In this document: one piece after another, positions 13,586 to 28,391 of the stretch
Position numbering within the stretch: the first letter of the stretch is position 1
Layout of the letters: each line of letters opens with the position of its first letter
Source of the DNA: Eledone cirrhosa
Lineage: Eukaryota
NCBI GenBank assembly: GCA_964016885.1
Contig: OZ024751.1
Span: forward strand, 30,194,001-30,258,000
Direction: 5' to 3'
Length of the DNA stretch: 64,000 nucleotides
Notes under the pieces: generated by a model
Seen by the model: only the letters and a program-made list of their open reading frames with translations
What the model was told of the DNA's origin: nothing
Databases searched by the model: none
Program-made: the position numbers and the translations under genes

Positions 13586-14653
13586 AGAAAATCCAACTCT
13601 AGCAGCTGCTCCTGAGATAGAAGCCAAATGAATGAAGACTGTAATGTACCATATACTAAACAGTACCGTGTGGTAGCCAGGTTTGTCTTGGAAAAATATC
13701 AGGTTGTAGAAATTGAGAGAAAATACACCAATATCTGAGAAGAATATAATCGCCATGGTAATGCTGAACGATGAGTTCATAATGTCAAGTAATTCGACGA
13801 GTTGTTGATAATAGAATCTTGTTTGACTCAGGTCACACAACAGCCTACCATCGGCTGTGATTGATTTGGCAAAATTTTTGGTTAGTCGTTTGAAGTGTGC
13901 TCCTACCAAAGTACAGAGTACTACAAAAAACGAGCCTGAAAAGTAGGTAATGCCAGCTTTCATCATAAACAATGCAGTGATTATAGTTTTCTGTATATGG
14001 CCATTAACATTGGGACTGAAGTGAAAGTCGTTGACTTTCATGGCATATGATGATGAATTTTTCGTCAGCCATTTCACGTTCGCCTCATACTTTGTCGGTT
14101 CAGAGAACCAGGAAACCTGTGCGATAATATTACCGATATTAGGTTCAATATAAAACGAAAGAATTATTCCTCCGAGATTCACCAGAAAGTTTATAACAGG
14201 TACAATTATACTCAGGAGTAAAAGGTATTTGGGACACCTATTGTAACCGCTGTTGGAAAATAATTTTTCCCAGTAAAGAAAAAACGATTCAAATTTCCCG
14301 CCACGACGAAAAGAATTTAGGAAAATTATGAGAACCGCCAGGCATTGAAATGAGAGCAAAGTCCACTGGATTTTACTGAATAGCATGCTACCATATTGTT
14401 CATTGGCGTCGAATTTTGTCAAACTTCTAAAGAAAGAATACGCCATAAATCCAACGACAATTATACTGTATAATGTCCACAAGTCTCTGTTGCCAAATTT
14501 GTTGTACATACCAAACAGTCTCATAAACAACAGTAACGGTTTCAAACTCTCCTCTAGTTGACTCTCCACAAGAACTCTCTGTGGACATTGATACTTATTC
14601 AACAATATGTTAACTTTGCTATATTTCTTGATAGTCTGGTATGTTTTAAACAT
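13586..14653 (-). CDS. GRL-A (gustatory receptor-like / 7TMIC) coding exon 1, TM1-TM6
   Basis: 356 non-repetitive codons with several hydrophobic helices; 'LKPLLLFMRLFGMY' resembles the GR N-terminal motif; ends ...ARVGFS at a GTGAGT donor (13585), phase 0. Confidence 0.92.
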
Positions 14654-16310
14654 ATTGGGATGTCTTTAGTATAAGATAAGATTTTATACCAGCGGTGAAT
14701 TGGATGTTGAGTTGTTAGAAAGACCGATTAATTGCTACGGTATATATTCCAGATCACTGTGCACTGAGTTCAAATCCCGCCAATGTAAACTTTACCTTCC
14801 TGACTTCTGTGGTGGATAATAATAATTGTTTCTACTTTTGGCGCAAGGCCAGCAATGGTGGATAATAATAATGGTAATAATAAAGTACCGGTCCAGAGGG
14901 TGATGAATTGACAGAATTGTTAATGAATGACACTGAATGGGTATCTGTCCTGGTTCTGTGCGTTCTGAGTTGAAATATCACCTCCTTCTGCTACCATTTA
15001 CGACTAACAGATAGTATTAGCAATGGAAAGGCAAATGGAAACCCCGTTTGCTTACTCAGATTTGAGTACAGTCTCCTTTAATTTATTTCATTTTTTCGAC
15101 TCCTTTATATAGTATAGCGTTGAAAATATATTCCACGAAATGTGTTAATATTACAAACTCCTTCCTTGGATTTTTACGACTATACCAGGATCAAAAGAGG
15201 CTTAAATTTCCGAACAGTTTCACATCGTATTAGTTATATTCAGATCAAGGAATCTAAATTGTCTTTTATAAACCTTTGCATGGATATTACAATTAATGAA
15301 ATCGCACGATTCTTGTTGATCTTGTTTGGTGTCTTCTACAGTTTTAACCGATATAACGTAAAATATTCTGTTGTTTTTATTGCTTAACCCCAGGTCACCT
15401 GCGATGAGAGTAGGCCTAAGAGCAATAAGCATTCCAGTAGTGACCATCCCCTCTTTTATTTTCCAGATAAAGTGTGTCTAAGAGGCTTTCATCCAGTGAG
15501 TCTCCTTTTTTTTCTCGGGTGTGATTTGAAAGTAATTTGGCTGTTATTTCTGGCAGTTCAAGGGACCATATAAAAGACCCTTCTTTTTGTCATATATAAT
15601 CTATTATTTGTGTTTCGTCCCTATGTAAGTTTTCAATTTTTCATGAAAGTTGATGGTCTCGTGATTAATGTATGTCGTACAAATTTAAATAAGATTTTAA
15701 CTGTTAATACAATAAAAATGAAAAATAGATTTTTCTAGAATCGTTTAGATAATAATAATAATGATGATGATGATGATGAATGTGATAACAATAATAATAA
15801 TAATCAACTGGAAATTTTACAAATGACTTCTGTTTACTGCGATTTCGTATTTCTGTTTCTATCATTCGGTTTTGCTTGTGTTTAGTTTGTACTGAAATAT
15901 GAGGCACTCTTGAATATGAACAGCTATTTTATATGCATACATACATTCACACACACATACATATATATATATATATACATACACACATACATAAATATAT
16001 ATACGTGTATATATATATATATACATATATATGTATACATATATATGAAGATGCATTATATATTATATATTTATATATCGTGTAATGAATAATAAAAAAA
16101 AATACAATAAAATAAACAAACAAACTAACAAACAAACAAACAGGCAAAAAAAAAACATAAGAAAAATAAAAAAAATAGTGATGAATGTTGTAAGTTGGAT
16201 GAAAAAAAAAGATGTGTATTTTTACAGAATCTATGTAATAATGGATGTAAATTGTCAGCTTTACAAACATTAACAAATTGTGTTGTTATCAAATGGTAAA
16301 ACCGGCCATC

Positions 16311-16402
<92 letters not shown>

Positions 16403-16652
16403 CAAACAATGATAAAATATGTTATCAAAGAATGATGGTTAGTTTTAGTTTGTTTCGAAAGAAAGTAAGAGTTGAGTTGTCAACGTGGTAACATACAGAG
16501 ACTGAGAGTGGAAGAGAGATAGATAGATAGAGAGAGAGAGGGGGGTGGGGAGAAAGTGAGAGAGAGGGTAAGAGAGGAAGGTAGAGAGAGAGAGTAAGAG
16601 AGAATGGAAGAGAGAGAGAATGGAAATAAAAGAATAGTGGAGTGAGAAGGGG

Positions 16653-17022
16653 GTGTTGATGGTGTGGGTGGTGGTGTCGGTGGTGTTGGTGGCGTGGGTG
16701 ATGTTGATGATGTTGGTGGTGGTGGTGTCGGTAGTGCTGGTGGTGGTGGTGGTGCTGGTGGTGGTGGTGGTGTTGGTGGTGGTGTTGGTGGTGGTGGTGG
16801 TGCTGGTGGTGCTGGTGGTGTTGGTGGTGGTGTTGGTGGTGGTGGTGGTGGTGTTGGTGGTGCTGGTGGTGTTGGTGGTGGTGGTGGTGGTGGTGGTGTT
16901 GGTGATGTTGGTGGTGCTGGTGGCGGTGGTGTTGGTCGTGGTGGTGTTGGTGGTGGTGGTGGTGCTGGTGGTGTTGGTGGTGGTGGTGGTGGTGTTGGTG
17001 GTGCTGGTGGTGGTGGTGGTGG

Positions 17023-17053
<31 letters not shown>

Positions 17054-17061
17054 GGTGTTGG

Positions 17062-17119
<58 letters not shown>

Positions 17120-17523
17120 GGTGTTGGTGCTGGTGTTGGTGCTGGTGGTGGTGGTGTTGGTGGTGGTGGTGGTGGTGGTAGTGGTAGTGGTGGTGTTGGT
17201 GGTGGTGGTGGTGCTGGTGGTGTTGGTGCTGGTGTTGGTGCTGGTGGTGGTGGTGTTGGTGGTGGTGGTGGTGGTGGTAGTGGTAGTGGTGGTGTTGGTG
17301 GTGGTGCTGGTGCTGGTGGTGTTGGTGTTGGTGTTGGTGCTGGTGGTGGTGGTGGTGTTGGTGGTGGTGGTGGTGGTGGTAGTGGTGGTGTTGGTGGTGG
17401 TGGTGGTGCTGGTGGTGGTGGTGGTGGTGGTAGTGGTGGTGTTGGTGGTGGTGGTGGTGCTGGTGGTGGTGGTTGTAGTGGTGGTGGTGATGGTGGTGGT
17501 GGTGGTGGTGGTGGTGGTGGTGG

Positions 17524-17554
<31 letters not shown>

Positions 17555-17737
17555 GGTGGTGGTGGTGGTAGTGGTGGTAGTGGTGGTGGTGGTGCTGGTG
17601 GTGTTGGTGGTGCTGGTGGTGGTGTTGGTGGTGCTGGTGGTGGTGCTGGTGCTGGTGATGGTGATGGTGTGGTGGTGGTGATGGTGTGGTGGTGTTGGTG
17701 GTGGTGGTGGTGCTGCTGGTGGTGGTGGTGGTGGTGG
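16653..17737. repeat. (GGT)n-based compound triplet repeat between the GRL genes
   Basis: About 1.1 kb of GGT/GTT/GCT/AGT triplets. Confidence 0.95.
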
Positions 17738-18154
17738 GATATCTAAAACTAACTTTCTTATCAAAGCTTCGTTTTGGAGACAGATGAATGTTTAGGCGGG
17801 AAACTAGGTGTAAACGACTGCAGGAAATGGTGGTGATTTGTTACTGGAACTCGACGTTGGCGTAATTGCAGTTTGCTTGCTTTACTTCATTTCTGTGTTG
17901 ATGTTTTGATCTCTCTCTCACACCCATTGATGTATATATATGTATGTACGTGTGTATGTACGTGTGTATGTATGTATGTATGTATGTATGTATGTATGTA
18001 TGTATGTATGTATGTATGTATGTATGTATGTATATATATGTGTGTGTGTGTGTATATATTATATATACATATACATTGTACATCTTATGTATGTGTTTAT
18101 CTGTGTATGTATATATATGTATATGTATATGTATATACATATATATATAATATG

Positions 18155-18226
<72 letters not shown>

Positions 18227-18272
18227 TTATATATATATATACACACACACATACATATATATTTAATATATT

Positions 18273-18399
<127 letters not shown>

Positions 18400-19748
18400 G
18401 GGCCCCTGTTTATTACTTTCCTTAATCGATATCTTTTCAATTAATTTTATCAGTATTCACTGCACTAGTGAAGATAAACATCAACCTCTTCCTTGTGAGA
18501 AGCCAAAGACGAGCATATATATCTTCTTCTTCTTCTTCTTCTTCTTCTTCTTCTTCTTCTTCTTCTTCTTCTTCTTCTTCTTCTTCTTCTTCTTCTTCTT
18601 CTTCTTCTTCTTCTTCTTCTTCTTTCTTTCTTTCTTTCTTTCTTCCATCCTTTCTTTTACCAATTCTAGGTCATTAGAGTACAGTGAACAGATTCTGGAA
18701 TATCTCACGGAGATTCCATATGTTGTAGTTTGGTGTAGTGTGGTGTTGTGTATTGTGGTGTAGTGTAGTGTAGTTTAGTGCGGTGTGCTGTTTTGTGGTG
18801 TATTGTAGTTTAGTGTGTTGTGGTGTCTTGTAGAGTGTTGTTATGTATTGTATTGTAGTGTGGTGTGTTTTATTGTGGTGCAGTGTAGTGTGGTGTGGTT
18901 TATAGTGGTGCAGTGCAGTGTGGTATGGTTTATTGTGGTGCAGTGCAGTGTGGTGTGCTGTTGTGTTGTGTAGTGTGGTAGGGTGTCTGGTGGTGTGTTG
19001 AAGTAAAGTTTTATGATTTGTGGCGCATTGTGCTGTGTTGTGTTGTGCTGTGCTATGCTGTAGTGTGGTGAGAAATGGTATGTTGTGGTATAGTATGATA
19101 TGGTATGGTGAGTGGTGGTGTGCTGTGCTGTGCGCTAGTGTGGTTGAGGTTTCATTTCCTTCACAAGATCTTCGCCTCCCCTCAAGTTTATTAAGAGATA
19201 TATGGGATTGATGTCATAAAGACACAACATACAACCAAGACTATACAGATTTTACACTGTTGCTTGACATGTTAGAAATAACTGCTAATTATTATGGCAT
19301 GTTAGAAATAACTGCTAACCCTTAAATCAGTAATTGTATAGTGTACATTCGTAAATATAGGATTTCTTGTAATGTTCTTCTTTTGTCATTTATAATGTTT
19401 TTAATGTAAAATAAAACTAATATTAGATTCTCTAGCTGATGTATTAATTTGAAACGCAATAAAATTTCGCCGGAGTCAGATTAGCAAAATTTAATATGCG
19501 AGTGATTATTCAAGACCTGAGAGTACGTGAAATATTGACGGACGTAAGAATGAAAACTCAATACCGAAGTAGAGTTTAGATATTAATATATTATAGCTAT
19601 AATATACTATTATAGCTATAATAGCCTTGTTACTCTGGAGTCTCACCTGCGTACTCACAGGATCATCAGACAAGACTAGTGATTCTGTGAGTGCGCAGGT
19701 AAAACTTTAGTATAACAAAGCTCACCGATAGTCTAATAAATGAATGTG

Positions 19749-19800
<52 letters not shown>

Positions 19801-20133
19801 GGAGATGAACAAATTGGGTATAATACAAGTTTCTTACCAAATGCGAAGAAGCTGGATATATTAACCTCATAGGAAAGGGCACAGGGCATAATTTTATTTT
19901 TAATTATATATATATGGCAGTGGAACTGTGATGGGGGGACATGACCCCCTCCAATAATTATATTTTATCCCCAAACTACCAACACACATCTATTTGGATA
20001 TGTGCAACAATATACGTACATGTTATGTTTATCGAAGTTTTCTGACCATTTTAGAGTGCAAAGAGCTAAACTAATCACTACAACTAAATTGTCCAAATTT
20101 GACAGACAGATAGATAGATAGATAGACAGATAG

Positions 20134-20185
<52 letters not shown>

Positions 20186-20341
20186 CGTAAGAGAGAGTGA
20201 GTGAAAAAAGTAGAGGCTGAAGGATAAGAAATATGAAAATTATGAGATGACAAAAAAAGAAAAAGAAAACAAAAAACAAAAAGGTGTATTATACCTGTTG
20301 ATTGATTAATGGTTTATGGAATATGATATATATATATATAC

Positions 20342-20428
<87 letters not shown>

Positions 20429-20461
20429 TGGTATATATATATTATATATATATAGGATATG

Positions 20462-20537
<76 letters not shown>

Positions 20538-21300
20538 CCATATATAATATATATATAATATATACACGCCTGATGGTTCACCATAAACTTTAATAGATGC
20601 ACTCAGAAAACCTTCAACTAAACCTCACACATTTGTTTTATTTTATTTTATTTTATCTTGTTTTTTATCTCTTTCTACATTATCTTCTTCTTCTTCACTC
20701 TTTCACAATCATCATCATCATCATCGTCACCATCACCCTCATCTCTATTTCTCTCTCTCCCTCTCTCTCACTCCCTCCCACTCTCTCTCTCCCTCTCATT
20801 CTCTCTCCCTCTCTTTCTTTACCCCTCTCTCTCTCTCTATCTTTCCCCTTGGTTCTTATAGTCAATGTTTGGCAATAGGTCCCTCATCCTACCACTCAAT
20901 TTAACTATTTTGTGCTTTCTCTCTCTCTCTCTTTCCCTCTCTCTCTTCCTTCGATTTTCTAGCTACTTCTTTCTTTCCTTCTTTCTTTCTTTCCTTCTTC
21001 CTTTCGTTCGTTCTTTCTTCAACCCTATCCTCAATATCTTAAGCAACAGAAGCCTAGCAAGACGTTGTGATGCATTCAGCCACACGTGATGTACACATAC
21101 ACCCACATAAGCACATATACACATGCACTCTAATATATATACACATGCACTCTAATATATATACACATGCACTCTAATATATATCTATATAAAACTATAT
21201 ATGTTCAGACCACATAACATATACACACATATAAATCCATATATATATATATATGCATACATACACTTACATACACTTACACACACACATACACACACTC

Positions 21301-21373
<73 letters not shown>

Positions 21374-21560
21374 TACACACAGTCACGCCACTTCAGTTTG
21401 TTATTTGTCTACATATATATGCACACATATATACACTCTTACACACTCACACACACGCACACATACACATACACACATACAAATAAAAATAGAGAGAGAG
21501 GTAGATAGAGAGAGGGGGGTAGAGAGAAGTAGAGAGAAAGAGTGGGAGAGAGAGAGAAAT

Positions 21561-21591
<31 letters not shown>

Positions 21592-22166
21592 TATACATAT
21601 ATATATATATATGCACACAATCACACCAGTTCAGCTTGCCAGTTGACTACACAATAGGAAGCAATTATGTAAGCATAAAAAACAAATTACAGATGTTTTT
21701 GTCAATATCACATCATACCAAAAATCATTACCATCGTCAATATCAACAATAGATCAATAACAATAGCAACAACAGAAACAATACTAATTCAATAATATTG
21801 TTGAACATACTAAAGTTTCTTTTTTATTTTTCGTTTTGTATATTTATTTTTTTTATATATTCTATTTTTATTTTTATTTTTATCTTCCGGTCTTGTGTTT
21901 CTGTTTAAGATTCTGTTTTGGTTTATTTTTTGTTTTGTATTGTTTTTTCTTTCTTTTTATTTTACATTCTGAATGAGCGGAAGTTAAGTTAAGTTGAGTT
22001 TCTTATTCCTTACATAACTTAATGGAGATAATTTGTGGTCTGGTCTCAAACATCTACCTGGATTACGGACGACAGACTATGACCAGACATGGGTACTTTT
22101 TAACAGTTATTCGCCATCTTCGTTACTAGTTTGTAATTATATATCTATATATACACACATATACAC

Positions 22167-22217
<51 letters not shown>

Positions 22218-22235
22218 TTCATATATCTATTCATA

Positions 22236-22306
<71 letters not shown>

Positions 22307-22784
22307 CGAGTCAGACAATTGAATATCGCCTTGTATGTTGTATGTTGCAAATACGAATCTGCATATCAGAGCGGACACAATACGTTACATAGTTGATAAA
22401 CGGATTTGGTGGGAACACAAAATCATATATATATTTCAATATATTTGTTTATATACACTCCACGACGGACATGAAAAAAGCGGTCATGAAATGCTAATGG
22501 TGAAGACGATGATGATGATGGTGAAATATTACAAGAATATAAACCTAAATAGATATAATGAATATTGCAATAACTATCAAACTCCAAACTAATTATAATT
22601 GATATCTTAAAGAAAAAAATGAACAAAAAAAAATAAATTCAAAGAATTCAAAAGATTGAAAGGCAATTCTATTTGATTTTTTTTTAAAAGTCTTATTTTG
22701 TAAGCAAAAAAACGTTTTTAACCTTTGAAGAATTTATTGAGATTTGGTCATTCAAATTTCTAGAAAGAAAATTATTTATAAATA

Positions 22785-23828
22785 ATGCCAAGATTTATCC
22801 ATTTTATCTGTGGTAACTCGCGGATCAATATCGACACCACTCAAAACTGTGGAGTATTTAGCCATAGTATAGACATTGCACCGCCAAATTTTCAAGCCCA
22901 TTCTTCATTGGACTATACGAAAACAACAATTTATAAATCGATTAGATTAATAATTTTATCAATGAAAATTTGTGGAATGTATTACGAACGCTGCAATTCT
23001 TCGCACTCTTCGGTATTTTGGAAATGTTCTTCGGTTCTTACAGCTGTCATATTGCTTTTCAACATATTACGGTCTTTTATGACCTATGGAACTGGGGGTA
23101 TTTACAATGAAGATTTTTTTATAAGACTTCAATGGTTGTTTTGGTCCATCGAAAATTTCATCAAACTCATCATCTTTTTGGTGATGTTCTATAGAGAAGA
23201 CAGGCTCCCAGCTTTGCTTATAATGATGGATGAAACAGCATCGTCTGGTTATTCAAAACCAGTTAAAAAGTTTCTAATATTTGTCATTAGTATATCCATT
23301 ATTATACCAGTATTCTGCTGTATACTGCACTTGATGTTTCACTTCTGTTCTAAATATGTATCTAAGTTACTCATGGAAGCAATGTGGCCGATATATTTGA
23401 ACGAAAACGTCGCAGATTGGTTGGAAATGACCTTCGATTTAGTTACAGTATATCTAAATAGTTCCATCTGTTCTTCAACTGTTTGCGTTTTCATATTTCT
23501 CTGTTATGTTGTTATAGATGACATTAAAAGACTGCAAAAAAATATGAAGGAAGAACTCAATACTGACAATCTACGTTACAGAAATTTAAGAAGACACCGA
23601 CAAGTATTTCAAAAAATTTGTGAGACTATATATTTAATGGATAAATGTTTCATGCATTATTTACTTCTGTCGTTGCTAGCTGAAGTACCTTTATTCTGTG
23701 TGATGTTTTATCACCTGGTCTTCTTTGCTAAATTGAAATCTTACCTTATAGTCGGCGTCATCATAAACATTTCAATGGTGGCTTACCTTTACTCAATTTT
23801 GATCTATCCAGCCAGGATTAATGCCGAG
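22785..23828 (+). CDS. GRL-B (gustatory receptor-like / 7TMIC) coding exon 1, TM1-TM6
   Basis: 348 codons; 'IRLIILSMKICGMY' and 'RLQWLFWS' align by eye with GRL-A 'LKPLLLFMRLFGMY' and 'KIQWTLLS'; ends ...PARINAE at a GTCAGT donor (23829), phase 0. Confidence 0.92.
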
Positions 23829-23915
23829 GTCAGTTACTCTAAATATAAATTCTCATTGTTTTAAATCTGTTTATCTAACTATTTATCTCTCTTCTCTATC
23901 TATCTACATACCTAT

Positions 23916-23949
<34 letters not shown>

Positions 23950-24159
23950 TTATATAGGAAAATGTTTGACCCCGACGGCAGAGCTCAAGCCGTTTCGGCG
24001 GGTATTTCTGGACCCGATAGGACTCTGTCTCTCAACTAGCCACTGATTTACAAATTTTACGTGGGGAGGGGAAGCTAAAAAGAATCAATCTTTTAGTTCC
24101 TGTCAGGAGCTCTCAGCCAGTAATATATATATATATTGTTATACTTTGGGAGTATATAT

Positions 24160-24470
24160 ATACTTCCTTTTTTAATTTGTTTTGCAAGATTTCTTATCTG
24201 AAAACGTGTGTTGAAACAGATATTGTTATACTTAGGGAGGGTCATGCTACCAATAAAAACACACGCACCTGTTGGTTTTTCACTTCGATTTATTATAAAT
24301 TTTCGGTTATCGAACCAACCGGCCGGACATTTATGATAAATTGAAGTGAAAAACCAACAGGTGCGTGTGTTTCTTATTGGCACCATGACCCTCCCAAAGT
24401 ATAACAATATCTGTTTCAACACACGTTTTCAGATAAGAGATCTTGCAAAATAAATTTTAAAATGAAGTAT
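24160..24470. mobile_element. MITE/fold-back element with about 135-bp imperfect TIRs in GRL-B intron 1
   Basis: TATACTTCCTTTTTTAATTTGTTTTGCAAGAT... mirrored by ...ATCTTGCAAAATAAATTTTAAAATGAAGTATA; flanked by TA. Confidence 0.75.
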
Positions 24471-24478
24471 ATATATAT

Positions 24479-24578
<100 letters not shown>

Positions 24579-24689
24579 CTCATAGCGTATGATAATTAAA
24601 TATGACTCCAACAAATAAATAAATACTTTTTATAATTTTTATAATTTTTCTCTTCAATTTGTATGTTGTTTAATTATTATATTTTCCAG

Positions 24690-24758
24690 ACACGCAATTT
24701 GTTGCCAGTTCTGTACAGAATGCATTTAGATGACAACATCAAGGAACAGGAACTGGAC
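24690..24758 (+). CDS. GRL-B exon 2 (TRNLLPVLYRMHLDDNIKEQELD)
   Basis: attttccag acceptor, gtaagg donor, 69 nt, phase 0-0. Confidence 0.9.
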
Positions 24759-24817
24759 GTAAGGGTTATATATATATATTTGCTGTAGTAGTAGTAGTAG
24801 TAGTAGTAGTAGTAATA

Positions 24818-24990
24818 GTTGTTTCTACTTTAGGCACAAGGCCAGCAATTATCCAGTGCATTACTGGTACTTTATTTTATCGACCCCGTAAGGATGAAAG
24901 GCAAAGTTAACCTCGGTGAGATTTGAACTCAGACCGTAAAGGCACGTAACTCTATGCTACAAAGCATGGCGTCCGACCCTCTCCCGATAA
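24818..24990 (-). mobile_element. Same SINE family
   Basis: Reverse copy, inverted relative to the 25242 copy in the same intron. Confidence 0.85.
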
Positions 24991-25241
24991 GTCTTCATTC
25001 GGTAATTTTTCTTTTCTTTCTTGTTTTACTATTTTATTTCTAATTGAGTTCAAATCCTGTCGAGGTCAACTTTGCCGTTAATCCTTCCAGGGTCAATAGA
25101 ATAAAATACCAGTCAAATACTGGATCGATATAATCAACTGTTCCACTCCCCTCGAATTGCAGGCTCTGTTCCTAGATTAGAAATAATTTACTTTCATTCA
25201 TTTTTTTTCATATATTTTCTTTTTATTTATTATTATTTTTT

Positions 25242-25425
25242 GCGGTGGATTGGTAGTATCGGTAGAGGGTCGGACGCCATGCTTTCTAGCATAGTTACGT
25301 CCCTTTACGATCTGAGTTCAAATCCCGCCGAGGTTGACTTTGCCTTTCATCCTTACGGGGTCGATAAAATAAAGTACCAGTGAGGCACTGGGTAGTTGCT
25401 GGCCTTGTGCCTAAAGTAGAAACAA
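25242..25425 (+). mobile_element. tRNA-derived SINE, representative full-length copy
   Basis: A box TGGTAGTATCGG, B box GAGTTCAAATCC, core GCCTTTCATCCTTACGGGGTCGATAAAATAAAGTACCAG. Confidence 0.88.
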
Positions 25426-25507
25426 TTATTTTTTTTTTTTTTTTTTTGTATTTATCTTTCATTTTTTTTATTTATTTTTTACTTTTTATTTTACATTTTA
25501 TTTCTAG

Positions 25508-25597
25508 CTACTGATGTTTCTAAACCAGCTATCTGGGCCTGATATTGGTCTAACAGCGTCTGATATTATTGTTATCACCCAGCAAACCTTGTTAACA
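25508..25597 (+). CDS. GRL-B exon 3 (LLMFLNQLSGPDIGLTASDIIVITQQTLLT)
   Basis: tttatttctag acceptor, gtaagt donor, 90 nt, phase 0-0; GR-type 'FL.QL....GLTA' motif. Confidence 0.92.
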
Positions 25598-26744
25598 GTA
25601 AGTATAAGACAAACCTTTTATATATTCCACACATGATTACCGAAATATGTCCGGTGAATGTCCTAAATATTTACTGTGTTAAACAGTTGACAACTGTTAA
25701 TAATTTTGCGACACAAATTGTTGATAATTTCATTATACAAACTGTTGATAATTTTATGACACGAACTGTTGTTAATTTTGTGACACAAAATGTTGATAAT
25801 TTACATATATATATATATATTGTCATAACTTATTTTCTTTTATTTTTGTTTTTATTTATTTTTAGCATTATTTCATTACATTTTTATTTTTATTCTTATT
25901 TTTATTCTTATTCATTTATTTGTGGTTGGGTGGGGGAAAGTGTTTCTCCTTAGAGAATATGAATTCATCGTTATCAGAGACTGCAAAACCTTCATCACAT
26001 CTCCTCTATGTTCACGCCACTCAAGGTTATACGATATGTATTGACAGTTATATGGAATGGGACATTAAGAGTTAAGTTTCTTCGCTAAGTACACACATCA
26101 TTCAGGACTATCGACCGGTAATCCGGCAATTTAACATCTGAAACAGCTGTGATTCACATCATTTCCTTGTTGTTGCTCTCATGAAATCATTGATTTATTG
26201 TCGCAGGTGAGAAAACATGCAGACATATAGCTCTTAATATCTTATAATGCTTTAGCAGAAAACATATGTCTTAAAACGGTTTGTTTATTAAAATGTTTAT
26301 AATATCTTTACTACTGAACAGATGAATGTGAGAGGTTGCTGTATTATCGTTTAATAATTTATCGGTAATGATTTAGCAGAAAATATTTTAAAACGGTTTG
26401 TTAATTCAAATATTTATACTATTTCTACTATTGGACATCGTTCTGAAAAAATGCAGCATTATCTTTTCACATCCTGTAATGCAGAAGGTATTTCTAAAAC
26501 GAGTTTGTTAATTCAAATATGTATAGTATCTTTACAAGAGGACAGATTGTTGTGAAAAATGTCAGCGTTAGAGTAAAGACTTCAAAAGATTGGTGTGGTG
26601 TAGTCACAGTGCTGTTTTATACTTGGAATTATTGCTGTTTTATACTTTTTTCGAAATGTTTGATACTGCGTTTTCATATGGTATAGCATATGCAAACACA
26701 TACACATATAAACTTATAAACATACTAACACCAATAAGGAAGAA

Positions 26745-27240
26745 CACCTCTGTCTGATGGCAGTAGCGAAAGGGGTTGTATGGTGGACGAGGTTGAAAGG
26801 ACTGAAGACAAACACTTTTCTCTTCGGCCAATCCCTCATCAACTTTTTCAAGTTTCAATTGGAAAGGAAGGTGAGGGTGGAGAGAGGAGTGCTGCCCCCC
26901 AGTACATTTGCTGAAAGGTGGGTGAATGTGGCGAGTGGGCCTACTCTGGGCTTGCGCCTGTAGGTGGGTAAATTTGAGGAGGAGAGGGGTGCCCTTCCCG
27001 GGTGCTCTCGAAGCGTCGGGTCGTTCAGGATTGGTGGGGTACCTGAGCGAACCCTGGGTGGTCATCCCCCCCCCCCCCTATTGGGGAATTTTTGTTGTAT
27101 TTTTATTGTTACTTTGTTATTGTTATTCATATTGTTTACTCGATTCTTCTGTAAAACCCACTGTCCCAGTCTTTTGTATTGTCCCCTATATGTCGGCCCT
27201 TGTGGCCAATAAATGAAATCATTATTATTGTTATTATTAT
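26745..27240 (+). mobile_element. L1/Tx1-like LINE 3' fragment in GRL-B intron 3
   Basis: 'VAKGVVWWTR...FAERW' ORF2 C-terminus-like peptide, GC-rich 3' UTR, AATAAA and an (ATT)n tail. Confidence 0.6.
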
Positions 27241-27445
27241 TGGTCTGTTTGGACGTCTTTTTTGCTCGCTCCCAGTAAGTCGCTTTATTTACCTGTTATA
27301 ATGATTTGTTGTTAAATTTTTCTTGTTGTGTAAGGGACTTTGCCCTGTGAAGGGGAAAGTATAATATTTGGGCCTTTTGGCCCAAATATTTGAACAATAT
27401 TTGAACAGTTTACTTTTGAAAATAAAAAAATAAAAACATGGCTGA

Positions 27446-27489
<44 letters not shown>

Positions 27490-27506
27490 TATTTTTTTTT
27501 TTTCAG

Positions 27507-27623
27507 GTTGCTGGGATGTTAGTGACATACTTCGTATTAATGGTACAGTTCCGAGACTCAGCTGAGACAAAGTTGTCCCTTTGTATGTGTTCCGACCGCG
27601 AAAATGGGACTTGGATCTCATAA
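27507..27623 (+). CDS. GRL-B terminal exon 4 (VAGMLVTYFVLMVQFRDSAETKLSLCMCSDRENGTWIS*)
   Basis: poly-T cag acceptor; TYFVLMVQF signature; shares VAG.L.TY.VL..QFRDS with GRL-A exon 4. Confidence 0.93.
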   Translation, partial: VAGMLVTYFVLMVQFRDSAETKLSLCMCSDRENGTWIS

Positions 27624-27752
27624 AAATGGTGAGACACAACTGGTCAACCCAACTGGGTCGAAGAAACTACGGCTGGAATCCTAATACTGGCTAACACTTA
27701 TTTGAGGTCCAAGATATATTTGTATGTGCAAATAACTACTCTCTCTCACTAA

Positions 27753-27889
<137 letters not shown>

Positions 27890-27934
27890 TCCATTTCGTA
27901 GGGCTTATACACACTGATATGTGATATTTTCTGT

Positions 27935-27940
27935 AATAAA
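27935..27940 (+). promoter_or_regulatory. Candidate poly(A) signal of GRL-B
   Basis: AATAAA about 310 nt after the stop codon. Confidence 0.4.
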
Positions 27941-28038
27941 AAATACGAGCAAGCTGCTAATTCAATTCAATTTTCAAATTCCACCGCCGCTTTCTTATCA
28001 CATGATACACACACACAGACACACACAGACACACACAG

Positions 28039-28075
<37 letters not shown>

Positions 28076-28220
28076 CAGTCAAATGAAGCGAATTAGCTGC
28101 CACCTTTCTACTTAAAAAATATATATCTACACGCTACCCACCAGTATTGTGTGCTAATTAAGTTAATGTTTGAATGGTTTAAATACTACGCTATTTAAAA
28201 CACATACTCTAATATTACCT

Positions 28221-28391
28221 AATTATGTATTATTAAGGTCAGTAGGCCAATTAATACTATGGCGCCATACAAGGTACGTACGTTTCGTTAGTCCGGAAGA
28301 CCAGCTTGTTCAAACTGTGCCAATGAAAACTAACGAAACGCACGTACCTGATATGGCACTGATGTAGTAACTGGCCTTAATAATTATATTA
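28221..28391. mobile_element. Short imperfect inverted-repeat element (MITE-like)
   Basis: AGGTACGTACGTTTCGTTAGT / ACTAACGAAACGCACGTACCT arms; outer TTATTAAGG/CCTTAATAA. Confidence 0.55.

Noticed and set aside
13574-14653. Treating the two 359-aa ORFs as intronless GPCRs
   Set aside because: Each ends just past a splice donor and continues through three more exons to a GR-type TM7; no rhodopsin-family DRY/NPxxY motifs were seen.
16445-17764. 439-aa Thr-rich (mucin-like) and 360-aa Gly-rich ORFs
   Set aside because: Several frames are open only because of the (GGT)n repeat; there is no non-repetitive coding flank.
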